A stretch of 64,000 bases of DNA from Methanobacteriota archaeon. Lineage in GTDB: Archaea > Thermoplasmatota > E2 > DHVEG-1. Positions within the stretch are counted from its first letter, which is position 1, and each line of letters starts with the position of its first letter. Of this stretch, positions 19,854-29,929 are shown piece after piece. A program made the position numbers and the translations under genes. The notes beneath the pieces were generated by a model. The model had not been told where the DNA came from. It did no database searches and worked only from the letters and a program-made list of their open reading frames with translations. Where the stretch lies: NCBI GenBank assembly GCA_963769885.1, contig CAVYNH010000007.1, positions 500,163 through 564,162 of the forward strand. Direction: 5' to 3'.

Positions 19854-20390
19854 TGCTCCCCCTAGCCTTGAGTGCGTGTGTCTTCTCTGGGAGTGTTGGG
19901 AATTATTCGGTACTATAGAAGGCTTTCGAACACGGGTGAAAGTATTCGGTGGCTTTGTCTCAAAAGTATTCAGCCGTCCCCCGAGATCGTTTTTCTCGTC
20001 TTGAAGTGGCTTCAGGAGGAACCTTTGAGTTTTGAGACAACGCCGTATTCGGTTCCGTGGTCGGGTATCGGGTGTACAGGAGGTGGGTACGGATTGTATA
20101 ATAACACGTTAGAAGCGCAGTAGACAAAAGAGGGGGGTGAGGTGTGATGACGTATGTTGATGATTGTCGGGCAAGTCTCCGGGGTTGAGGAGGCGAAGGA
20201 AATCGAGTTCATCACGAAGTCGTTCGTGGTGGCGAACCGGGTTCATGTGCTGGCTCAGAAGGCACGGTAATAAGTAGTTCCGTTAATCTTTTTCTTCGTC
20301 CTGCTTCGAGGACTCTGAGACTTCTTCTTTGGCGGCACCCGTGCATTATTTATAATAGGTTTTTGATATCAGGGACTAAGGAGGAGTGTG

Positions 20391-20576
20391 ATGACGTACT
20401 TCTGGAAGAAGGACGGGGACATCTACCATTGGCATCTTGAATGTCCGTCAATCCCAATCCACGTTCGAGGCAACCCGGAGTGGGAAGTCAGCGAACAACG
20501 GCCGACGGACCGGGACATCTGCCTGCAATGCCGGGAGAAGGATCTCGCGACGCGATTGAAAAAGGGGTCGCATTAA
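20391..20576 (+). CDS. Small putative zinc-binding protein
   Basis: SD AGGAGG; YHWHLEC...RP...ICLQC gives H/C plus CxxC ligands; TATA TTTATAAT upstream. Confidence 0.65.
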   Translation: MTYFWKKDGDIYHWHLECPSIPIHVRGNPEWEVSEQRPTDRDICLQCREKDLATRLKKGSH

Positions 20577-22153
20577 GCGGTCTTCCCCCTACTTCTCTTA
20601 TCTCCGATGAGGAGTCGTTTCAGCTGTTTCTTCGTCTTATAATCGCAGACCACAGGGATTGATTCATTGGTGAATGGATTTCGCTTCGTCCAGTACATGC
20701 AGGTCGAGGGCGTCATCGGGGTCGGCGTGAAGAGCTGGAACTGCTCGACGTTCGTGAGGTTCTTCGCCTTGATCTGGTCCCGCAGTCGCGTCGTCTCCTT
20801 GATGGTGTCGCCGGGGTGGCCGATCATGAAGTAGTAGCGGAGCGCCTGGCGTCCGCCGGGGTTCCGTTTCTCGAATTCTCTGATGAACTGGCCGAGGCCT
20901 TTCACGTCCTTGTTCATCAGTCGCAGGACCTGGGGTGAGAGGTGCTCCGGGGCGATCTTCAGGCAGCCAGAGACATGGTACTGACACAACTCGGTGAGGT
21001 ACTCGGGGCTTTTAACGGCGAGGTCGTAGCGGATGCCGCTGCGGACGAAGATCTTCTTGACGCCGGGGATCGCCCGGGCTTTTTGGAGCAGGGAGAGCAG
21101 GCGGCTGTGGCTGCAGTCCAGGGTCTTGCAGGAGAGGCAGATCTTTTGGCAGGCGTCGGCGTCGGGGCAGTCCATGCCGTACATGTTCGCGGACGGGCCG
21201 CCGAGGTCGTCGATGTAGCCTTTGAACTGGGGATGCTTCGTCAACCTTCGGATTTCCTGCAGGATGTTGTCTTCGGAGCGGGAGACGATCCGGTCTCCCT
21301 GGTGCAGGGCGAGGGAGCAGAAGTTGCAGCAGCCGATGCAGCCGCGGTGGGTGACGACCGAGAACTGCGCCATCTTCAGCAGCGACCGGGGATGCATCCG
21401 TCGGGTGAAGGGCAGCGAGTAGATCTCGTCCAGATCCTTGGTCGTGTACCTCGGCGCCTTGTACTGGAGGAGGTAATTGTTGGTGTAGGGCTGGGCGAGG
21501 TTGCGGTTGTTGGAGAACAGCCGTTGCATCTCGCAGAACTTGAGTGGGTCGGCGACGACCTCGTCGAAGGAAGGCATCACGGTAAAGCCCTCGGGGAGTG
21601 TCTTGCTGATGATACAGGTGCCGGGGATGCCCGTCAATGGCTTCTTCTCGGCGAGCCGCAGGGCGATCTCGAGGATCTGTTTCTCACCGTTGCCGTAGAC
21701 GAGGATGCTTGCTCGGGAGTCGAAGAGGATACTGCGGCGGAGTCGGTTCTCCCAGTAGTCGTAGTGGGCGAACCGTCGGAGTGAGGCCTCGATGCCGCCG
21801 ATGACCAACGGGACGTCCTTGAATAGTTTTTTGAGTTCCTGGCAGTAGACGATGACGGTGCGGTCCGGCATGGATGATGGTTTGGCGTATTGGTCTTGGC
21901 TGCGGTGGTGTTTCATCGGCGTGTAGTTGTTCAGCATGCTGTCGATGGACCCGGAGGTGATTCCGAAGCAGAGCCGAGGGACTCCAAGCCTGGAGAAATC
22001 CTTCACTGCGGTGGGCTTCTCGATGACCCCGACCCGATACCCTTTCGAGTCCAGGACCCGGGCGATGATGCCCACCGGTGAGAGCGGATGATCATCGTAG
22101 TACTCCCCACTCACCAGGATGATATCGAACCCTGAGCCTTCCTTTGAAATCAT
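20573..22153 (-). CDS. YgiQ/UPF0313 family radical SAM protein
   Basis: DHP, GGIEASLRRFAHYDYW, HRGCIGCCNFC, DLGGPSANMY, SGIRYDL, LKIAPEH. Confidence 0.93.
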   Translation of the reverse strand: MISKEGSGFDIILVSGEYYDDHPLSPVGIIARVLDSKGYRVGVIEKPTAVKDFSRLGVPRLCFGITSGSIDSMLNNYTPMKHHRSQDQYAKPSSMPDRTVIVYCQELKKLFKDVPLVIGGIEASLRRFAHYDYWENRLRRSILFDSRASILVYGNGEKQILEIALRLAEKKPLTGIPGTCIISKTLPEGFTVMPSFDEVVADPLKFCEMQRLFSNNRNLAQPYTNNYLLQYKAPRYTTKDLDEIYSLPFTRRMHPRSLLKMAQFSVVTHRGCIGCCNFCSLALHQGDRIVSRSEDNILQEIRRLTKHPQFKGYIDDLGGPSANMYGMDCPDADACQKICLSCKTLDCSHSRLLSLLQKARAIPGVKKIFVRSGIRYDLAVKSPEYLTELCQYHVSGCLKIAPEHLSPQVLRLMNKDVKGLGQFIREFEKRNPGGRQALRYYFMIGHPGDTIKETTRLRDQIKAKNLTNVEQFQLFTPTPMTPSTCMYWTKRNPFTNESIPVVCDYKTKKQLKRLLIGDKRSRGKTA

Positions 22154-22316
22154 GCGATGAGTCTCTTTAAACAGTGGGGATATTTAAACTATTCAACCAT
22201 AGTTGAATATTAGAAGTATTTTTTAACTCAAGTATCGGCTCTGGAGGTGTTCATCAAAGGGGTTTAGTTGCAGGCCTGGTTAAAGCATATGAATCATTGT
22301 TTTGGCTCTTGCAATT

Positions 22317-23882
22317 CTAATGCGAGAAAAGTGTGTGGAGCAGCGGGAATGCATTTGGGAATCGGTTGAGGAGCCAGTTAATGAGAGGGAACCTTGGCGG
22401 TTCGTAGGGCATCTTCACAGTGAGGGTACCCCAGTCGCTTTCCCTGTCGTGTTCATCTCGAGCTTTAACCTTGACGATGTACGAGCCTCGTTTCAGCCAG
22501 AGGTGGGATTGGGTGATGGTGTGTCCTGAGGGTGTGGGAGTAGTCCAGTTGGTGGTTTTTCCGTCGCCCCAGTCGATGTAATAAGAGAGGGTGTCGTTGT
22601 CTGGGTCGCTGGATACAATGGAATAGTGGTAGGTTCTGCGGGCATGGCCGGTTTGGTTCCCGGTGATTGACGGGGTGGTTGGTTGGGTGTCGTTCATTGA
22701 GCCGAGTGCGAAAAGGTATGAGTAGTCAGGGGTTGATCCCAATCCTGCATAGTCTCCAGAGATATAGATGGTTCCATCGTCAGCGATGACAGCGGATGAT
22801 TGTAACCCGTCGTCTGCTGCAGTGAATATCCAGCGAAGGGTGCCATTTTTGTTGAGAGCGTAGAGATTATTATCTCTTGAGCTGCAATAGATGGTTCCTT
22901 TGGAGTCGATTGCGGGTGATGAATAGATATCATGTCCGGTTTTGTAGAACCAGTTGATGGTCCCGTTGGGCGCGATGCTGTAGAGTCGGTGGTTATCTTG
23001 GTCGCCGACGTAGATGGTGCCGTCGTCTGCGATTGCTGGGGTCGATCCTCCGATCCATCCTGTCGAGACTTTCCATTTCAGGGTCCCGTTCGGTGCGAGC
23101 GCATAGAGGTATCCTTCGGTTCCCCCGGCGTAGATCGTCCCGTCGTCGGCGATGGAACAGGTTGCGACCCCTTTTGGTCCGCCTCCATAATAGGACCATT
23201 TTTTAGTGCCGTTTGGGTAAAGTGCGTAGAGATTGCCGTCGTTTGAGCCGATGTAAATGGTTCCGTCGTCGCCGATGGCGGGGCTGCAGTAGATATCGAA
23301 TTGTGCGTAGAAGTACCATTTTATTGTCCCATTAGGGGTGACTGCGGCGAGCCTGTGGCTGTCGGTTACGGCGCAGTAGATGGTGCCGTTGTTGTCGATG
23401 GCAGGAGATGAATAGGCCCATCCGCTTCCTAGGGAGATCCACCAGTGTATCGTGCCGTTCGGATAGATGGCGTAGAGCCGTCCCGCATCTGTTCCGATAT
23501 AGATGGTTCCGTTCTTTGCTATGGCTGGTGATGAAGAAGTGGAGCCGATGTTCAGTCGCCATTTCATAGTTCCATTAGAATCCAATGCGTAGAAGTAGTC
23601 TTCGATGCCTGATGCTACATATACAGTTCCGTTTTTGTCGATTGCAGGGCTGGAACGTATCATCCCTCCGTTTATCTTGAACTTCCATTTTTCGACGCGC
23701 CAGTTCCCGGTTGGTGCGTATGGGCTTCTGCCGGTATGCCTGGTGTCGTGGCAGTACATTGGCCATGCGGAATCCAAAAGACCACCCGATCGGACTTCAC
23801 CCTTTGCTGGCGCGATAGGTAAAACAGATGGAAGAATGAGCAGAGACGTTACAAGAACCAATAGTGTTCCATGATGCAACAA
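22317..23882 (-). CDS. Secreted PQQ-like beta-propeller repeat protein with PKD-like domain and amphipathic C-terminal motif
   Basis: WPMYCHD..HTGRSP, repeated SSPAI..DGTIY.G...LYAL.PNGT.KW, YYIDWGDG, MPYEPP...FPNAFPLL. Confidence 0.92.
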   Translation of the reverse strand: MLHHGTLLVLVTSLLILPSVLPIAPAKGEVRSGGLLDSAWPMYCHDTRHTGRSPYAPTGNWRVEKWKFKINGGMIRSSPAIDKNGTVYVASGIEDYFYALDSNGTMKWRLNIGSTSSSPAIAKNGTIYIGTDAGRLYAIYPNGTIHWWISLGSGWAYSSPAIDNNGTIYCAVTDSHRLAAVTPNGTIKWYFYAQFDIYCSPAIGDDGTIYIGSNDGNLYALYPNGTKKWSYYGGGPKGVATCSIADDGTIYAGGTEGYLYALAPNGTLKWKVSTGWIGGSTPAIADDGTIYVGDQDNHRLYSIAPNGTINWFYKTGHDIYSSPAIDSKGTIYCSSRDNNLYALNKNGTLRWIFTAADDGLQSSAVIADDGTIYISGDYAGLGSTPDYSYLFALGSMNDTQPTTPSITGNQTGHARRTYHYSIVSSDPDNDTLSYYIDWGDGKTTNWTTPTPSGHTITQSHLWLKRGSYIVKVKARDEHDRESDWGTLTVKMPYEPPRFPLINWLLNRFPNAFPLLHTLFSH

Positions 23883-24193
23883 GGTACTTTCCCCAGTAAT
23901 TGAATCATCCCTTGGATTTATTAAACTGTCTCCGGAGGTTTAAATCGTATTCCCATTTCCTCGAACAATCCCATTGGGCAAAATAATTAGAATGACGTCT
24001 GTTCCCATATTTAAAAGTACACCAGGTTATACCTTATTCTCTTTGTTTCGTAACATCAGATACAATGAAGATAACCTGCGACCAAGGTATGAAGGATGCA
24101 GAAAATGAGATGAATCAAAAAAAATCCAACACCGTCAATACTCAACCTCAAGTGAATAAAACTATTTAAATCACCCGTCAGTGCAGGATACCA

Positions 24194-24994
24194 ATGACCG
24201 ACCTCCTCCTAACCAACGACGACGGTTACCAATCCGCCGGCTACCTTCCGCTCCTCCGCGAACTCAGCAAACACTTCACCGTCACCGCCGTCGCCCCGGA
24301 CCGTGAGAAAAGCTGGATCGGCAAGGCCGTCACCACCCGCAAACAACTCCCGGTCACCATCGTCAAAAAAGACGACTACGAAGTCTTCACCCTCGACGCC
24401 ACCCCAGCCGACTGCGTCCAGATCGGCATGTACAACATCCTCCCCCACAAACCAGACATAGTAGTCTCAGGCATCAACCTCGGCGAAAACGCAGGCACCG
24501 CCCGCATCCTCAGCTCAGGCACCATCGGCGCCGCCATGGAGGCCGCCTTCGAAGGCATCCGCGCCATCGCCAGCTCCTACAGCATCCCCCTCCCCATCAA
24601 AAAATCCACGAACCTCTACACCCCAGACGCCTACCCCCTCTTCCACCACGCCGCCCAAATCACCACACAACTCACCCTCGCCTTCAAAGACATGCCACCC
24701 ACCCCCGGCGCCGACGTCCTCAGCATCTCCATCCCCTACAACGCCACACCCCAAACCGACGTCGTCATCACCCACCCCTTCACCGACCCCTACAACCAAC
24801 TCTTCCACACCACGCCACTCGGCTACCTCCACCGCACCCCACCCCTCGCCTTCGACGACCCCAAAGACGGCACCGACCTCAAAGCACTCCACGAAAACAA
24901 AATCAGCATCAGCCCCCTCGACCTCAGCCTCACCAACCCCAAAGCCATCCACGCCACCGACGTCTGGCTCAACAAACACTGGAAACACCCATGA
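24194..24994 (+). CDS. surE: 5'/3'-nucleotidase SurE
   Basis: LLTNDDG, VAP, TPADCV, VVSGINLGEN, SGTIGAAMEA. Confidence 0.93.
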   Translation: MTDLLLTNDDGYQSAGYLPLLRELSKHFTVTAVAPDREKSWIGKAVTTRKQLPVTIVKKDDYEVFTLDATPADCVQIGMYNILPHKPDIVVSGINLGENAGTARILSSGTIGAAMEAAFEGIRAIASSYSIPLPIKKSTNLYTPDAYPLFHHAAQITTQLTLAFKDMPPTPGADVLSISIPYNATPQTDVVITHPFTDPYNQLFHTTPLGYLHRTPPLAFDDPKDGTDLKALHENKISISPLDLSLTNPKAIHATDVWLNKHWKHP

Positions 24995-25908
24995 CCCAAA
25001 CCCCCATTCTCATCATCATCCGCTACGGCGAAATCAGCCTCAAAACACCCTACGTCAGAACATCGTTCGAACACCGCCTCATCACCAACATCCACCACGC
25101 CCTCCAAACGCATAATCTCACCGCCCGCATCACCAAAGAACCAGGCCGCATCTACCTCCACACCACCCCCACTCCCCAAATCCACACCATCCTCGCCCAC
25201 ATCAGCGGCATCGTCTCCTACAGCCCCGCGCACCAAACCACCGCCGACCTCCCCACACTCACAGAAACCGTCCTCACCCTCACCCAGCCGCTCCTCACCC
25301 CCCAGACCAGCTTCGCCCTCCGCGTCACCCGCACCGGCAGCCACCCCTACACCAGCCAGGACGCCGCCCGCACCATCGGCGCCGCCATCCAAGAAGCCAC
25401 CCACGCCCCCGTCGACCTCACCCACCCCGCCCACGAACTCCACATCGACATCCGCGGAAACAGGGCGTACCTCTTCACCACCAAACACCCAGGAATCGGC
25501 GGCCTCCCCGTCGGCACCCAAGGCACCGCCGCCGCCCTCCTCGACACCCCCGCCAGCCTCCTCGCCGCCTGGTACCTCATGCACCGCGGCTGCGCCCTCC
25601 ACCTCATCACCACCCACTCCACCGAAGAGACACCGCTCTACGCCTTTCTCAACGATTGGTACCTCACCAGCCCCGTCACCAGCCTCGACCAGACCGCCCC
25701 CGACTTCTACGACAAACTACGGACGCTCACCGCTACTCATCATATTGATGCCCTCGTCACCGGCGCTACCCGCGACGACCTCGCCCAGACCATAGAGTGG
25801 CTTTCGACCCTCAAAGCCGAGGTCCGCCTCCCGCTCCTCACCCCCCTCATCGCCCTCACCACGGACGAGGCATGCATCCAAGCTACCGAAAAGGGGGTAC
25901 GCCTCTGA
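24991..25908 (+). CDS. THUMP-domain ThiI-like protein with degenerate PP-loop
   Basis: IRYGEISLK, VR..FE..L..NI, F.LRV.R.G.H.YTS, VDLT.P, GGLPVGTQG; SGGxDS is absent. Confidence 0.85.
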   Translation: MTQTPILIIIRYGEISLKTPYVRTSFEHRLITNIHHALQTHNLTARITKEPGRIYLHTTPTPQIHTILAHISGIVSYSPAHQTTADLPTLTETVLTLTQPLLTPQTSFALRVTRTGSHPYTSQDAARTIGAAIQEATHAPVDLTHPAHELHIDIRGNRAYLFTTKHPGIGGLPVGTQGTAAALLDTPASLLAAWYLMHRGCALHLITTHSTEETPLYAFLNDWYLTSPVTSLDQTAPDFYDKLRTLTATHHIDALVTGATRDDLAQTIEWLSTLKAEVRLPLLTPLIALTTDEACIQATEKGVRL

Positions 25909-26810
25909 AAATCACGATCTTCGGCGCCGGCGCCATCGGCTCCCTCCTCGGCGCCCACCTCTGCCGCCACCACGATGTCACCCTCATCGGCCGCCCCCCA
26001 CACATCACCGCCATCCAAGACAAAGGCCTGACACTGACCGGCAAGACCGCCTGCACCGTCCGCATCCGCGCCCTGACCACCCTCCCCACCGAGACTCCAG
26101 ACTTGATCATCCTCACCGTCAAGGCCTACGACACCAAAGCCGCCGCCCAGCAGATCAAGAAAATCCTGACCCCTTCCACCACTGTCCTGACACTGCAGAA
26201 CGGCCTAGGAAACATCGAAGCATTAGAGAAAGCAATCCCCCGGGCTCAGCTGCTCGCCGGCGTCCTCACCCACGGAGCCCTCATCGCCGAACCCGGTACC
26301 GTCATGCATACCGGGAGAGGAATCCTGGTTATTGGAGAGCTTGACGGAACACGCACAAGACGATTACAGGATATCGCTGCCGTATTCACCGCCAGCGGAC
26401 TGCCCGCGACCATCACCCGGGACATCACTACGGACATCTGGATCAAGACCATCGTCAACTCCAGCATCAACCCCCTCACCGCCTTCTTCGCCTGCCCCAA
26501 CGGCTACCTCCACGCCAACCCCATCCTCCGCCGCGTCGTCGACCAAATCTGCGCCGAGTCCACCGCAATCGCGAAGGCAGCCGGAATCAAGGTAACGAAA
26601 GAAACCATGATTGCCGCCACCGCCGGAGTCATCCGTGCCACCTCCCAGAACTCCTCCTCGATGCTCCAGAGCCTCCAACGCGGAAAACCGACCGAGATTG
26701 AGGCCCTCAACGGCGCCCTCACCAGGATGGGAGACCGCTGCCATGCGGATGCCAGCCTCAACCGACTCCTCACCCAGCTCATCCACTGGAAAGAACACCA
26801 GCAGACCTAG
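25905..26810 (+). CDS. panE: 2-dehydropantoate 2-reductase (apparent CTG start)
   Basis: KITIFGAGAIG, VKAYD, LQNGLG, W.K..VNS.INPLTA, SSMLQ...G.PTEI..LNG. Confidence 0.93.
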   Translation: MKITIFGAGAIGSLLGAHLCRHHDVTLIGRPPHITAIQDKGLTLTGKTACTVRIRALTTLPTETPDLIILTVKAYDTKAAAQQIKKILTPSTTVLTLQNGLGNIEALEKAIPRAQLLAGVLTHGALIAEPGTVMHTGRGILVIGELDGTRTRRLQDIAAVFTASGLPATITRDITTDIWIKTIVNSSINPLTAFFACPNGYLHANPILRRVVDQICAESTAIAKAAGIKVTKETMIAATAGVIRATSQNSSSMLQSLQRGKPTEIEALNGALTRMGDRCHADASLNRLLTQLIHWKEHQQT

Positions 26811-26817
26811 AAAAGAA

Positions 26818-28103
26818 TTACAGCTTTAACTTGTCGTTCAAGTAATAGTTCCGCAGCATCACGCTGCCGAAGAACTTGCGGAACATCCCCATCGGATGCA
26901 GCACGCTCTCCCGCGTCGCCCGCTCCACGATCGCTCGATACGAGAAATACGCGGTCGCCATCGACCGCAACCCCGCCCGGAACTCCTGCTCCGACATGTT
27001 CTCAAGCCTGAAATTCAGCTTCCCCTCATCGTACCGCGACCAGTCCCGCGACACAATCCGCCCCTCCTTCTCCAGCCGCGTAAACAACCGCGTCCCCGGA
27101 TACGGCGTCACGATACTCAACGAAATCTCATCCAACTCCCACTCCTGGATCGCCTTCAGCGTTTTCGTAAAACTCTCCGGCGTATCATGATCAAAGCCGA
27201 ACATGAAAAACCCGGTCACCATCATCCCATGGTCCTTGATCCGCCGGATCGCCTCCCCATACTCCTCCACCTTGTTCGTATACTTCCCAGCCTGGTTAAT
27301 ATTCTCCTGCGTGATCGACTCGATCCCCACATACCACATGGAGACCCCCGCCTCACGCGCCAGCCGCAGAAACTCCTCATCCCGCGACAACACATTCATG
27401 TTCCCAAAACACTCAAACGACTTGTTCACCTGCCGCATCTCAGTAAATAACTTCTTTGAATACGACGGATTAATCGTCAACGACGCATCAGAGAAGAAAA
27501 TCGACTTCGCCCTGATCTCCTTCATCTCCTCGATCAGATGATCCACCGGGCGGCCCCGGAACCGCGGCCCCTCCACCACCTGCATCGCACAGAACTCACA
27601 GCCCGTCGGACACCCCCGCGACGCCTGCATCGCCTCCGTGAACGGATGATACACCCCGATGTCATGCCGCGCCGCCGGAATCTCCGCCGGCTCCACCAAC
27701 CGTGGCGCCCGATAAAACGGCTTCAACTCCCTCTTCGCGATATCCGCAAGCACAACCGGCCACGTCAACTCCGCCTCACCGATCACCACCGCGTCCGCAT
27801 GCTGCTTCACCTCCTCAGGCAGAAGCGATGCATGATACCCCCCAAAAACCACAACCGCACCCTGCCGGCGGAACCGCTCCGCCACCTCGTACCCACGGAT
27901 CGAATTATACGTCAAACACGAAATCCCGACCACATCATAGTGCGGCCGGAAATCAATATCCTCAAACCGCTCATCCACAATCGTCACCTCATGCTCCGCA
28001 GGCGTGATCGCCGCGATCTGCTGCAACGAAAGGGAAGGATACGTCAGCCGGGCGAAAAAACCGCGAGGACAGAGCCATGAGGCGACACAAGCAAGATCTT
28101 CAT
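26818..28103 (-). CDS. B12-binding radical SAM protein; natural start MKILLVSP is one base out of frame near 28080
   Basis: GGYHASL, GEAE, SRGCPTGCEFC, GIES, GFFMFGFD, TPYPGT. Confidence 0.9.
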
Positions 28104-28247
28104 CGTGGTCTAGAGCCAGACCAACGCACAACCCCCTTATTTAGTTACCGACCTCCCCTCCCGGAAACCATCATAAAAACCAGAGAAGAAAAATATTGAA
28201 ATAACACGCGAACCATGCCTACAAAAAAAACGGAGAGGCGACTCCCC

Positions 28248-29222
28248 ATGAAGGTCTTCGTCACCAGAAAAATTCCAGACACAGGACTATCACTCCTGAA
28301 AAAAGAACTCACCGTCGATGTCTTCCCCGAAGACCGCATCCCTACAAAACAAGAGATCATCGATGGAATAAAAGATGCTGATGGCCTCCTCTGTCTACTC
28401 ACAGACCCAATAGATAAAGATGTCATCGCCGCCGGCCCACGACTCCGCATGATCGCCTCCTACGCCGTCGGCTACGACAACATCGACGTCGCCGCCGCCA
28501 CCAAAAGAGGCATCCTCGTCAGCAACACCCCAGGCGTCCTGACGGATGCGACCGCGGACCTTGCCTGGGCGCTGCTCCTGAGCGCCGCCCGCCGAATCCC
28601 CGAAGGAGATCGCTTCTGCCGGGTCGGTAAATTCAACGGCTGGGCGCCCCTGCTCATGGCCGGCCAGGCCGTCACCGGCAAGACCCTCGGCATCATCGGC
28701 GCCGGCCGCATCGGCACCGCCATGGCCCTCAAAAGCAAAGGCTTCAACATGACATTACTCTATACTGATACACAGCCGAACAAGACCCTGGAACGTGAGT
28801 TGAATGCAAAGCTCGTCCCCTTACCTGAGTTGCTCCAGAGGTCGGATTTCGTCTCGATTCACGTCGCCCTAACGCCGGCAACGAACCATCTCATCGGTAC
28901 GGATCAGCTGCGGATGATGAAACCGACCGCAGTCCTCATCAACACCTCCCGTGGCCCCGTGATCGATGAGAAAGCATTAGTCATGGCGCTGCGCGAGCAG
29001 TGGATATTCAGCGCTGGGCTTGATGTGTACGAACACGAACCGAAAATCCCCCACGGACTAAAGGAACTCCCCAACGTGGTCTTGGCCCCGCATGTCGGGT
29101 CTGCGACCATGGACGCCCGAGGGGACATGGCTCGCATGGCCGTGGAAAACATGCTCGCCGGACTCCAAGGTAAACTCCCCCCTAATTGCGTCAACCCTGA
29201 GGCGTATCGGAAAAAGGCTTAG
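28248..29222 (+). CDS. gyaR: Glyoxylate reductase / D-2-hydroxyacid dehydrogenase
   Basis: AVGYDNID, NTPGVLT.ATAD, GIIGAGRIG, INTSRG, AGLDVYEHEP, PHVGSAT. Confidence 0.9.
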   Translation: MKVFVTRKIPDTGLSLLKKELTVDVFPEDRIPTKQEIIDGIKDADGLLCLLTDPIDKDVIAAGPRLRMIASYAVGYDNIDVAAATKRGILVSNTPGVLTDATADLAWALLLSAARRIPEGDRFCRVGKFNGWAPLLMAGQAVTGKTLGIIGAGRIGTAMALKSKGFNMTLLYTDTQPNKTLERELNAKLVPLPELLQRSDFVSIHVALTPATNHLIGTDQLRMMKPTAVLINTSRGPVIDEKALVMALREQWIFSAGLDVYEHEPKIPHGLKELPNVVLAPHVGSATMDARGDMARMAVENMLAGLQGKLPPNCVNPEAYRKKA

Positions 29223-29857
29223 AGGGTGAAGACCCAGACCTCGGGCTCCTTAGGCAGCTCGTCTTTTTCAATATCCATCTCGTTGCCGACTTTCAGAATC
29301 TTGTAATTGTTCCTTTCGAGGAAGGGGTCGAGGCCAGCGATAGGAATGGATAGGCCTTCGATGCGGTAGTGCATGGGGATCGCGATCCGTGGCTTGATTT
29401 GATGAATGACAGCCCAGGCCTGATCCGCGTCAATAGTGTAGGTGCCGCCGATAGGGATGAAGAGGATGTCGATCTTGCCGATCTGCTGTAAGGTTTTTTC
29501 GTCGAGCATGTGGCCGAGGTCGCCGAGATGGCAGAACATGACATTGTCGCAGAAGAACTTGTAGACGATGTTCTTGCCGCGTTTGGCGCCGGAGACGGTG
29601 TCGTGGAAGGTCTCGATGCCTTGGATCTGGACGCCACCGATGGTCCGTTTCCGGTCATCGGTGATGACCTTGGAGTCGGGTTTCTCAACGGTTTTGACGC
29701 TGTTGTGGTCGTAGTGGTTGTGAGTGATGAGAATGATGTCGCCTTTGGAGGTGGGGGCTGGGATGCCGATGGATTTGCCGTCGTGCGGGTCCGTGATGAT
29801 CGTGGTGTCGTTAGCGATTTCAAAGCAGGAATGGCCATGCCAGCGTATCTGTAACAA
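29219..29857 (-). CDS. MBL-fold metallo-hydrolase (UPF0173/Lactamase_B_3-like)
   Basis: WHGHSCF, THNHYDHN, HLGDLGH, PIGG, IPMHY. Confidence 0.92.
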   Translation of the reverse strand: MLQIRWHGHSCFEIANDTTIITDPHDGKSIGIPAPTSKGDIILITHNHYDHNSVKTVEKPDSKVITDDRKRTIGGVQIQGIETFHDTVSGAKRGKNIVYKFFCDNVMFCHLGDLGHMLDEKTLQQIGKIDILFIPIGGTYTIDADQAWAVIHQIKPRIAIPMHYRIEGLSIPIAGLDPFLERNNYKILKVGNEMDIEKDELPKEPEVWVFTL

Positions 29858-29929
29858 TCGAATCTCCTCCCCGCATTTCTGTGTAGCCTAGGACATCGCG
29901 TGGTTGGTTTAAATAAATTGTGAAAAAAT

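Noticed and set aside
20142-20398. 13-bp repeat GTGTGATGACGTA (20142 and 20386) as a box C sRNA or att site; also a 38-aa ORF from 20154
   Set aside because: No box D (CTGA) at a suitable distance after the first copy; both copies coincide with SD-plus-start contexts; the small ORF has no recognisable features.
22700-23700. Periodic DNA similarity in the PQQ genes as a diversity-generating or repeat element
   Set aside because: These are ordinary ~40-aa beta-propeller blades; no reverse transcriptase or TR/VR pair was seen.
23931-23954. Weak resemblance to the tRNA-Leu T-arm upstream of the PQQ gene
   Set aside because: Short and mismatched, lacks the 27-bp arm, and is explained by a TATA-like TTTAAAT.
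28075-28131. N-terminus MCVGLALDH... of the B12 radical SAM ORF
   Set aside because: The family-typical MKILLVSP start at 28103 is one base out of frame; a single-base deletion error is more likely.
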